Origin: Patescibacteria group bacterium
GTDB taxonomy: Bacteria; Patescibacteriota; Minisyncoccia; UBA6257; 2-01-FULL-56-20
Assembly (NCBI GenBank): GCA_018971305.1
Contig: JAGXBC010000002.1
Span: 80,046-144,045, forward strand
Direction of reading: 5' to 3'
DNA length: 64,000 bases
Part shown: piece after piece, positions 19,386 through 27,399 of the stretch
Layout of the letters: each line of letters begins with the position of its first letter
Numbering within the stretch: the stretch's first letter is position 1
Position numbers and translations under genes: made by a program
Notes under the pieces: model-generated
Databases searched by the model: none
What the model was told of the DNA's origin: nothing
What the model saw: only the letters and a program-made list of their open reading frames with translations

Positions 19386-20849
19386 ATGGCAGAGAAAAAT
19401 CAATCACAAAATTTGAAGCCAAGACCGCCAATTGTTGTTGTTATGGGCCATGTTGACCACGGCAAGACCTCGCTTTTGGACTACATCCGCAAAACGAGCG
19501 TTGCCTCGCGCGAAGTGGGTGGAATTACGCAAGCGGTGGGCGCTTATGAGATAACGCACAGCGACAGGAAGATTACGTTTATTGATACTCCCGGGCACGA
19601 GGCATTTACCAAAATGCGTTCGCGCGGAGCGGAAGTTGCCGACCTCGCGATTTTGGTTGTGGCTTCTGATGAAAGCGTGAAGCCGCAAACAAAGGAGGCG
19701 ATAAAAATTTTAAACGAATCAAAGACGCAGTTCATTGTTGCTATTACTAAAATTGATAAGCCAAGCGCCGACATTGAAAAAGTAAAGAACGAACTGACGG
19801 CAGAAGGAGTTCTTTTGGAAGGATATGGCGGTCAGGTTAGCTTTCACGGTGTGTCATCCAAAACCGGCGAAGGCGTAAACGATATGTTGGACATGATACT
19901 TCTTACCGCCGACGTTGAGAATCTGACTTTTGATCCAACTGTTCCCGCAAGCGGTTATGTTTTGGAGGCGAGGAACGACCCAAGGCGGGGGACGGAGGTG
20001 AGCGTGATAGTTAAAAATGGCGTCTTGGGACGAGGTTCGGGAATATATACTCCGACGACTTCTGGCAAGGTAAAAATCTTAGAAAATTTTTTGGGAGAGA
20101 ACGCCGCAATACTTGAACCATCGGCGCCGGCCTTAATAATCGGTTTTGAGAAGCTGCCGCAGGTGGGCGAGGAATTTTCTACGGAGCCGATGGTCAATGC
20201 CAAGGATCCGGAGGACAGGATTAGAGTCAACAGGTTGTCATATAAGGAAGCATCTGCGCCGGATAGGCCGACGCTTAATTTGATTTTGAGGGCAGCGGAC
20301 GTCGGGTCATTAGAAGTTCTTTCTGCTCTGATAGAAGCTCTGAAAAGTAACGAGAAAACACTGAACATTGTTAGCCAGTCCGTAGGCAATATCACGGACG
20401 GCGACGTAAAAGACGCTGTTGCCACGGGAGCGACCATAGTCGGCTTTAAAAACAAAGCGGATACGGGAGCGAAAAATCTGGCGCAGGCCCAGGAGGTGAA
20501 GATCATAACCTCAGAGATTGTTTACGATCTCGTGAAGGCCGTGCAGGAATTTATGGCGAGCTTGGGCAGGCCGGCAGTGCGCGGAGAGTTGGAAGTACTC
20601 GCGGTTTTTAATCAGAGCAAATTGAGTGAACAGCTTGTCGGCGGCAAAGTTTTGTCCGGAAATTTTTTGAAAACTAATTTTGACGTTGAGCGGCCGGGAG
20701 TTTTGGATAGCGTCGGCCAGGGCAGGATTATGAGCATCAGGGAAAAGAAGTTGGTTATCAATCAAGCCGAAAAAGGCAAAGAAATCGGCGTTCTGGTTAA
20801 TTGTTCGGTTGCGATACAGGTTGGAGATAAACTTGTAATTAGGAAATAG
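19386..20849 (+). CDS. infB: translation initiation factor IF-2 (no N-terminal domain)
   Basis: RPPIVVVMGHVDHGKT, GGITQ, DTPGHEAF. Confidence 0.96.
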   Translation: MAEKNQSQNLKPRPPIVVVMGHVDHGKTSLLDYIRKTSVASREVGGITQAVGAYEITHSDRKITFIDTPGHEAFTKMRSRGAEVADLAILVVASDESVKPQTKEAIKILNESKTQFIVAITKIDKPSADIEKVKNELTAEGVLLEGYGGQVSFHGVSSKTGEGVNDMLDMILLTADVENLTFDPTVPASGYVLEARNDPRRGTEVSVIVKNGVLGRGSGIYTPTTSGKVKILENFLGENAAILEPSAPALIIGFEKLPQVGEEFSTEPMVNAKDPEDRIRVNRLSYKEASAPDRPTLNLILRAADVGSLEVLSALIEALKSNEKTLNIVSQSVGNITDGDVKDAVATGATIVGFKNKADTGAKNLAQAQEVKIITSEIVYDLVKAVQEFMASLGRPAVRGELEVLAVFNQSKLSEQLVGGKVLSGNFLKTNFDVERPGVLDSVGQGRIMSIREKKLVINQAEKGKEIGVLVNCSVAIQVGDKLVIRK

Positions 20850-20856
20850 AGAAAGG

Positions 20857-21192
20857 ATGAATTACAGACCTTTGCGTGTAAGTAAATTAATAAAAGAAGA
20901 ACTTGGCGAGCTTCTTTTGAAGAACCTGGAATTTCCCGGCGTTCTAGTCACAATCACGGATGTAAATGTGAGTTCCAAGCTGGATATTGCGAGAGTTGAG
21001 CTGAGCGTTCTGCCCGTCGATGCCACCAAAAAAGTTTTTAAGGCGGTGAATGCGGCCCAAAAGGAACTACAATATCTTTTGCTCAAAAAAATCAATATAA
21101 AGCCGATGCCGCAGATTATGTTCGAGGTAGACCATGGAGCGGAAAACGCGGCCAAAGTTGAAAAGTTGCTGATTCAAGACAATAATAAATAA
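20857..21192 (+). CDS. rbfA: ribosome-binding factor A
   Basis: follows infB; VTITDVNVS..L..ARV and P...F..D patterns. Confidence 0.88.
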   Translation: MNYRPLRVSKLIKEELGELLLKNLEFPGVLVTITDVNVSSKLDIARVELSVLPVDATKKVFKAVNAAQKELQYLLLKKINIKPMPQIMFEVDHGAENAAKVEKLLIQDNNK

Positions 21193-21194
21193 AT

Positions 21195-21269
21195 GGCCAG
21201 GTAGCCAAGCAGTAAGGCAAGGGTCTGCAAAACCCTTATACACGGGTGCAATTCCCGTCCTGGCCTCCA
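21195..21269 (+). tRNA. tRNA-Cys(GCA)
   Basis: GGCCAGG/CCTGGCC acceptor, AGGGT-CTGCAAA-ACCCT, T discriminator, encoded CCA. Confidence 0.95.
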
Positions 21270-21414
21270 AAAGTTAAGACGGGAATTGCAGTGAAGGAGG
21301 GGTCGGGAGGAAAGTATAAGGTTTCTCCCGTGTAGGAAATAATTCAAAACCGAGGGTTTTGAAAGCGCAAGCCGATGTACATCGGCTGAGCAGTAAAATC
21401 CCCGTCCTGGCCTC
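21270..21414. mobile_element. miniature structured element at tRNA-Cys 3' end, bounded by a 14-bp direct repeat
   Basis: CCCGTCCTGGCCTC at 21254-21267 and 21401-21414; 21278-21290 is the reverse complement of tRNA 21247-21259; three internal hairpins. Confidence 0.65.
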
Positions 21415-21490
21415 AAGTGCATAAGTTCCGGTATGATTACTGTCCGCGAAGAACTATAATTAATAAAGAAAATTTTCAGGAGACTTGATC

Positions 21491-21733
21491 ATGGAAAACC
21501 AAGAAGAGGCATTCGGCAAAAAGAAAAACAAGCTTGATATTTATCCGGTCAGATTTGACGATAAGGGCAATATGCTGGGAGCGAGTTTGCCCATAGGAGA
21601 AAGGCGAGAAGATTATTATATAAGAACTCCAACCATGGAAGAATTAGACAGACTCAAGAAGGAATTCGGTGCCAATGTTGAACACAGAAGAATAGCTATC
21701 AAGAAGGATTCGGATGCGGGAGAGTGGAATTAA
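21491..21733 (+). CDS. small hypothetical protein
   Basis: charged ORF of ~80 aa between tRNA genes; TATAAT upstream. Confidence 0.5.
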   Translation: MENQEEAFGKKKNKLDIYPVRFDDKGNMLGASLPIGERREDYYIRTPTMEELDRLKKEFGANVEHRRIAIKKDSDAGEWN

Positions 21734-21866
21734 TTGGCGGTCTCTAAAATATCTTTGAGGCCGCTTTTTGCTTTTGTTGTTGTGATTTTCTTGGCGTAAG
21801 TTGCAAAAGGCTGAGAGTCGTATAAAATCAAAAAATCGGTTGGAAAGATAATGTGTCTTAATAGGG

Positions 21867-22029
21867 GCCCGGGTGGTGCCTGCCGGCAGGCAGGGAATGG
21901 TATGTAGTCCGGCACTAAATTGCCGCCGTGGTGAAATTGGCAGACACGACAGACTTAAGATCTGTTGCCCGCAAGGGCGTGTCGGTTCGACTCCGACCGG
22001 CGGCACAAATTCGACTCCCACCCCGGGCA
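21867..22029 (+). pseudogene. split tRNA-Leu remnant enclosing the intact tRNA-Leu(TAA)
   Basis: GCCCGGGTGGTG[CCTGCCGGCAGGCAGG]GAATGGTA at 21867-21902 and TTCGACTCCCACCCCGGGCA at 22010-22029; the ends pair as an acceptor stem. Confidence 0.7.
21922..22005 (+). tRNA. tRNA-Leu(TAA)
   Basis: GCCGCCG/CGGCGGC acceptor, ACAGA-CTTAAGA-TCTGT, variable arm, GTTCGACTC. Confidence 0.95.
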
Positions 22030-22067
22030 CAATTGCTTAAATTTAAAAAACACATTACAACTTAAAT

Positions 22068-22454
22068 ATGGATATACACCCACAAGAAAGGCAGCCGGTT
22101 GTACCCCCATTCAGAAATCCAGAAAAAGGGCGGGATTTTGTTGGCGGAGAATTGCCTCCTCTATCAGGAAAGGCGCTGGAAGATATGAGGGAATATTTTG
22201 GCGATAACCACAAACTTACTGAGCAATATTTTTACGCGATACCGATGGTGAATTTGCAAAATTATGATGCAAAAGAGCGACCCTGGGCAAAAAAAATAAT
22301 CCGCGAGGCCGAAGGGCGAATCATGGGTTTGCCGCATCTTGGAGAAAACGAATCGTGGATTACATTCGTCGGTCCGGACGGAAATCTTTATGCGACCAAA
22401 TCCACTCCGGCGACTTCCGGTGAAATAGAAAAGTGGATTGACGAGGCCAAATAA
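22068..22454 (+). CDS. hypothetical protein
   Basis: 128-aa ORF followed by an AAAGAAGCCG..CGGCTTCTTT terminator-like hairpin (~22474-22509). Confidence 0.55.
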   Translation: MDIHPQERQPVVPPFRNPEKGRDFVGGELPPLSGKALEDMREYFGDNHKLTEQYFYAIPMVNLQNYDAKERPWAKKIIREAEGRIMGLPHLGENESWITFVGPDGNLYATKSTPATSGEIEKWIDEAK

Positions 22455-22533
22455 TATCGGGGCGTCCGTGAATAAAGAAGCCGTGCTGATAAATCAGAAC
22501 GGCTTCTTTATTATAATCTGATATACTTTCTCA

Positions 22534-22700
22534 TTCCCGGGAAGAGAATTGCCCGCGACTCTTGCGCTCGCCGTCGCTCGTTTTTCTCAATGGGTTTTCC
22601 CGCGTCGCCCTTCGGGCTAAAGTTCCTCCAGGCTTTCGGAACGACGCGGGACTCCTGAAAATCTAATCCCGCCTTGCGGCGGGAAAGATTTTCTAGTCGG
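22534..22700 (-). mobile_element. miniature structured element at tRNA-Leu(CAA) 3' end with a degenerate direct repeat
   Basis: 22534-22551 matches tRNA end 22701-22718 at 14/18; nested hairpins including GAAAATCT..CCCGCCTTGCGGCGGG..AGATTTTC. Confidence 0.55.
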
Positions 22701-22784
22701 TGCCCGGGGTGGGAATTGAACCCACACGACCTTGCGATCACAGGATTTTGAGTCCTGCGCGTCTGCCAGTTCCGCCACCCGGGC
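22701..22784 (-). tRNA. tRNA-Leu(CAA)
   Basis: reverse complement: GCCCGGG acceptor, CAGGA-CTCAAAA-TCCTG, variable arm, GTTCAATTC. Confidence 0.95.
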
Positions 22785-22894
22785 ATATTTATAACAAGAT
22801 TATCTTACAGAAAATTAGCCGCCGAATCAATATTGATTAATTATCCGACCGGCTTTATGATGGTGGCAGCTGTTAAAAAATTTTGGAGGATTTT

Positions 22895-24037
22895 ATGGAT
22901 AATGAAATCCTGATTGTCGGGCTTACTGGCGGACCATGTTCTGGCAAAACGAGCGTTCTAAGTTCGGCGGCGGAAAAACTTGCCGAATACGGATTTGATA
23001 CTTATTTATGCAATGAGGCGGCCACTTTTCTTATCATGCAGGGCATGTTGATTAAAAAGGCGGTTCATGCCGAAGACTGGCAAAAGGTCCAGGAATACCA
23101 GAAAGAAATTATGGATTTTACCCATACGAACGAAGAACGCATGAGGCGGTGCGCCATGATAGAGGGTAGAAAGTCCGTAGTTTTGTCTGATCGACCATTA
23201 CCCGATACGAGGGCCTACCTTCCCGAGGGTTCGAAGGGAGATGAGATTTACGTGGGTCTTCTTCGTGAAATTACGGGTTTTACGCCACCCGAAGCCCTTG
23301 ATCGTTACCATTCGGGAGTGATCAAGCTTACTACGGCCGCCGACGGAGCGGAAGAGTTTTACACTCTGGAAAATAACGCTGCGAGGGATGAGCCGCCTGA
23401 AGTGGCGCGGTATTTGGACAAGAGAATACAAGAAACCTACACCGGCCTTGAGCATTTAAAAGTAATCGACAATTCTACCGACTTTGAGACCAAGAAAAAA
23501 AGAGCATTGCAGGCTATTTGCCAGGCGCTCGGTATCCCGGAGCCGCTGGAAAACGAAAGGAAGTATATAGTTTCTTATCCGTCTCCGGAGCACTTTCTTA
23601 TTCCCTATAGGAAGATAGAGATAGAGCAGGCCTATCTTTTGGACGATGAGCAGGATGGCGAGCCGCCGCGTATTAGGAAGAGGACATACCAGCACGGTTC
23701 CACTTATTTTTGGACCAAGAAGAAACCCCGAGGTCCAGGAGTAAGGGTGGAAATTGAAAAAGCCATTAGCTGGCGCACGTATTTGGAGTTGATGGATTCG
23801 CGCGACCAGAAGCGTGGCGTTATTAAGAAACACAGATACTGCTTTTTTTGGGAAAATCAGTATTTCGCCCTGGACGTTTTCAATAATCTGCCTAAGGCAC
23901 TATGTCTTCTAGAAATCGAACTTACCGACCTGCAACAGAAAGTCGTACTGCCGCCGTTTCTCAAAGTTTCGGAGAAAGACGATGTTTCGGATGATAATAT
24001 GTATAGTAACAGCAATCTCGCTTTATTGATCGCATAA
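22895..24037 (+). CDS. P-loop kinase-like (AAA_28/NadR-like) plus CYTH domain fusion
   Basis: LTGGPCSGKT, SDR; C-terminal ENERKY, IEQAYL, RIRKR, LLEIE. Confidence 0.82.
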   Translation: MDNEILIVGLTGGPCSGKTSVLSSAAEKLAEYGFDTYLCNEAATFLIMQGMLIKKAVHAEDWQKVQEYQKEIMDFTHTNEERMRRCAMIEGRKSVVLSDRPLPDTRAYLPEGSKGDEIYVGLLREITGFTPPEALDRYHSGVIKLTTAADGAEEFYTLENNAARDEPPEVARYLDKRIQETYTGLEHLKVIDNSTDFETKKKRALQAICQALGIPEPLENERKYIVSYPSPEHFLIPYRKIEIEQAYLLDDEQDGEPPRIRKRTYQHGSTYFWTKKKPRGPGVRVEIEKAISWRTYLELMDSRDQKRGVIKKHRYCFFWENQYFALDVFNNLPKALCLLEIELTDLQQKVVLPPFLKVSEKDDVSDDNMYSNSNLALLIA

Positions 24038-24107
24038 ATTTATGTGCCCGCGCTTTAATCGCGGGCTTTTTGTTGCTAAAGCACAAGAAAAATTGCACAA
24101 TATAGCT

Positions 24108-24929
24108 ATGGCTCGCGTCATTTCCATCTGCAACCAAAAAGGCGGTGTTGGTAAAACAACTACTGCCGTAAATCTCGGCTCATATTTGGCGGCCAAAGGG
24201 CGAAAGGTCCTTTTGGTTGACTTTGACCCGCAGGCGAACGCGAGTTCGGCTTTGGGCCATGACCATAATAAAAATCTGCCGAGCGTTTATCACGGGATTT
24301 TGAATATGGTTCAGCCGGAAGAAGTTCTGCGGCCCACGCAGATTTTTAATTTTCATTATGTTCCGGCGGCTCCGCATCTTGCCGGAGCGCTTGTGGAATT
24401 CGTGGACACGCCGGAACGCGAATACTTTTTGCGGAAATTTTTGCACCAATTGCGGCATAAATACGACTATATTCTTATAGATTTGCCGCCGTCACTCAGT
24501 TTGCTCACGGTAAACGGGCTTATTGCGTCCGATGAAGTTCTGATTCCGGTGCAGGCGGAGTATTATTCTTTGGAAGGATTGGGCCAACTACTGGAAACGA
24601 TAAATTTGGTGCAGGGGAATCTGCAGCATCCGCTTAAAGTGGCTGGAGCGCTTGTTACGATGTATGATAAGCGCGAGCACTTGAGCCGCGAGGTCGCGAA
24701 AAACCTGCGCCGGCATTTTCCCCACTACGTTTTTGCCACAGAAATTCCGCGTAGTGTGGCTTTGGCCGAAGCACCGAGTTTTTCTCTGCCGATATTGTTG
24801 TATCGTCCTGATTCTCCTGGCGCGCTCGCTTATCGCCGCCTGGCGGAAGAAATTATCGGCCAAGAGAAGGGGCTGATAAGTAAAGAAGAAGTGCTCTCAA
24901 GCCGTGACTTCGGCAATTTTAATATATAA
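24108..24929 (+). CDS. parA: ParA/Soj partition ATPase
   Basis: NQKGGVGKTTT, DFDPQANAS, IDLPP, PVQAEY, LAEAPSF. Confidence 0.95.
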   Translation: MARVISICNQKGGVGKTTTAVNLGSYLAAKGRKVLLVDFDPQANASSALGHDHNKNLPSVYHGILNMVQPEEVLRPTQIFNFHYVPAAPHLAGALVEFVDTPEREYFLRKFLHQLRHKYDYILIDLPPSLSLLTVNGLIASDEVLIPVQAEYYSLEGLGQLLETINLVQGNLQHPLKVAGALVTMYDKREHLSREVAKNLRRHFPHYVFATEIPRSVALAEAPSFSLPILLYRPDSPGALAYRRLAEEIIGQEKGLISKEEVLSSRDFGNFNI

Positions 24930-24931
24930 AC

Positions 24932-26014
24932 ATGTTAGGCAAAGGACTTGAATCTTTAATACCACCACAGAAAAAACCGCAAGGCGACGATGGTGCTGTG
25001 CAAAACATCCAGCAACCGGAGGATAACGCCATTCAGGCGCCGCAAAGCGATTCGGGCGATACGGGCGCCCCACAAACTCTGCCCGTGTTTCCGGTTGATG
25101 ACAGCACTGTAGTAGATAAACCGCAATTTGCCGGAGACGATTTTCGCGCCGCGGTCTACGCGAAACCCGCTGAACCGCAACGCGAGAGAGTGAAGGTTAA
25201 AGAACCGATTGACTCCGTTTTTCACATTGAAGTTATAAAGATAAAACCGAATCCGAATCAGCCGCGCAAACATTTTGACGAACAGGCGTTGTGGGAACTT
25301 GCGAACTCCATCCGCGAATTCGGTTTCCTTCAGCCGCTTGTTGTTTCCAAAACCGATAAAGAAATTTCTACCGGAGTGGACGTTGAGTATCAGATCATCG
25401 CTGGCGAACGGCGTTTTCTGGCGGCAAAACTTTTGGGCTTGGAGGTAGTACCCGCGATAATAAGGAACGTTGATCTGGAAAGGGAAAAACTGGAGCTCGC
25501 TGTCGTGGAAAACATTCAGCGCGAAGATCTGAATCCTATAGAAAAAGCCCGGGCGGTGGCACGCCTGCAGGAAGAATTCCGTATGACGCAAAGAGAAATT
25601 GCCGCAAAGCTCGGCAAATCGCGCGAATCGGTTGCGAACTCCGTGCGGCTGCTCGACTTGCCCATGTATATTCAGGAAGCATTGGAGAAGGGCCAGTTAA
25701 CCGAAAGCCACGGCAGATTTTTACTCGCGGTCCAGGACCCGGGAGCGCAGAAACAGCTTTTTGACGACATCGTGCTCCACGGCATCACGACTCGCGAATT
25801 AAGGAACCGCGTCCGCGCCGGAAGACCGCGCGGAGTTTCCCGCGAAGCCGGTTTGCCGCCGGAACTCAGAATGATGGAAGAAAAATTAAGTTCGGAACTC
25901 GGTACGCCCGTGAAAATAGAAAAAGACGGCGCCTCCGGCAAGATAACGATCACTTTTTATTCGGACGAAGAATTAGAAAGTATTATGCGAAAAATCGGAA
26001 AAGAAGAGGTTTAA
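24932..26014 (+). CDS. parB: ParB/Spo0J partition protein
   Basis: LGKGLESLI, PNPNQPRKHF, IAGERR, ENIQREDL, HTH GKSR..VAN. Confidence 0.95.
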   Translation: MLGKGLESLIPPQKKPQGDDGAVQNIQQPEDNAIQAPQSDSGDTGAPQTLPVFPVDDSTVVDKPQFAGDDFRAAVYAKPAEPQRERVKVKEPIDSVFHIEVIKIKPNPNQPRKHFDEQALWELANSIREFGFLQPLVVSKTDKEISTGVDVEYQIIAGERRFLAAKLLGLEVVPAIIRNVDLEREKLELAVVENIQREDLNPIEKARAVARLQEEFRMTQREIAAKLGKSRESVANSVRLLDLPMYIQEALEKGQLTESHGRFLLAVQDPGAQKQLFDDIVLHGITTRELRNRVRAGRPRGVSREAGLPPELRMMEEKLSSELGTPVKIEKDGASGKITITFYSDEELESIMRKIGKEEV

Positions 26015-26032
26015 GAGTTCGAATCCTCTCCT

Positions 26033-26861
26033 GCGCTAAGGCGTTTTTGATATAGTTAACTTATGAACCGCAAAGGTTTCGCGCCAATAGTAATCATCCT
26101 AATAGCACTAGGACTTATTGCTGTCGGGGCAGGGGTTTATTTTTATGTCGGAAAAGTCGTTCCACCGTCAATAAAGCCCATATCCTCGGTGTTACCCATA
26201 AATACGCAACAGATCGTTGCCACGACAACTAAATCATTCGCAACATCCTCAATCGCGATAACCAATTGTATAAAAATTGCTTGTTATGGAGCTGGAAGTA
26301 GCAGCACGGTAAGTTATGACAGTCGTCCATTGTTTGATTGGTACGAAGGGAAGGTGCATTTCAGTTTACGGGAAGTTGGAGTCGGTTTAATACCATTGAC
26401 GCCAGGAACCCCGTACGTTGATCCTCAGAAACTCGCAACGCATGGTATTGATTTCGGAGAGGGTGTCTTGATGGATAATATAGGAAATCTTTACCCCAAC
26501 GGCTCCGTTCTTTTTGGCGTATTGCTTAGTTACGATATTTCTGGTCTCGGCAATACCTTGCCCATCTCACAAACACAAATACCATTCTATATGCGGAGAT
26601 TAATTGATGAGAGGGGAGACCTCGTGGAATCAAATGTGGACCCCGACTTTTTATATTTCGGGACGGCCGTTTTTGTCATTCCAGATGATCAAATTGTTCA
26701 GGCGGGAGGTGAGTATACATTTACAACGGGAGGAACATCAAACATCTTCTTTTACATTAAGCCCCACGCAGATGGTTCATTGGAAATAAATCGGGAACCG
26801 ACTAACGGATAAGTAGTAAATATCCCCGCGCTAAGGCGTTTTTGATATAGTTAACTTATGA
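26033..26861 (+). repeat. perfect 34-bp direct repeat flanking the 26063 gene
   Basis: GCGCTAAGGCGTTTTTGATATAGTTAACTTATGA at 26033-26066 and 26828-26861. Confidence 0.9.
26063..26812 (+). CDS. surface protein with prepilin-like (class III) N-terminus
   Basis: MNRKG/FAPIVIILIALG hydrophobic helix, no Glu5; Thr/Ser linker. Confidence 0.65.
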   Translation: MNRKGFAPIVIILIALGLIAVGAGVYFYVGKVVPPSIKPISSVLPINTQQIVATTTKSFATSSIAITNCIKIACYGAGSSSTVSYDSRPLFDWYEGKVHFSLREVGVGLIPLTPGTPYVDPQKLATHGIDFGEGVLMDNIGNLYPNGSVLFGVLLSYDISGLGNTLPISQTQIPFYMRRLIDERGDLVESNVDPDFLYFGTAVFVIPDDQIVQAGGEYTFTTGGTSNIFFYIKPHADGSLEINREPTNG

Positions 26862-26972
26862 CTAAGGCTAGCCACGTAGAAGTAGACCTCGAAGAAAAAA
26901 CCGTAGGTGTTATAAAGACCGTAGACTAGTTCGAACAGTGTCCACTCCCGCGCACGCGATGTAATCTGATTT

Positions 26973-27347
26973 ATGGAAAACTCAAATTTTGAACAATCAA
27001 GAGAAGAACGTGAAAATCCCAATTTTGCGGTTGAAAAATATCCGGCAAGAAACGGGTTTATATACGAATTGCATTTTGCTACTGAAGCGGAGGCAGAAGA
27101 AGGAGTAAAAGCATTTTGGAATGCCCGTGAGGGGACTGGGATGGCAAGACAGGGATTGAAGTCGGGGATGTTAAAGCCGTTCAAGCACGACATTACGAGC
27201 GGAGACAGAACAGCTCCCCGCCAAGCCAATCCCGGAGACCTAAGAAAACATCCCGATAAGCCATTCGTTGTTCAGTTCAATGGCAATACCGAAGCGCTAA
27301 GTCCTAACGGAGAAGAGGCCTTGCGTTCACTGGGTTTTATAGAATAA
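26973..27347 (+). CDS. hypothetical protein
   Basis: 124-aa ORF with no motif recognised. Confidence 0.5.
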   Translation: MENSNFEQSREERENPNFAVEKYPARNGFIYELHFATEAEAEEGVKAFWNAREGTGMARQGLKSGMLKPFKHDITSGDRTAPRQANPGDLRKHPDKPFVVQFNGNTEALSPNGEEALRSLGFIE

Positions 27348-27399
27348 AAATCAAAAACCCTTAAACACCCCGACGTGTTGTTGGGATGGTCATATCCGA

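Noticed and set aside
24042-26060. parS site near parAB
   Set aside because: No TGTTTCACGTGAAACA-like palindrome was found by eye.
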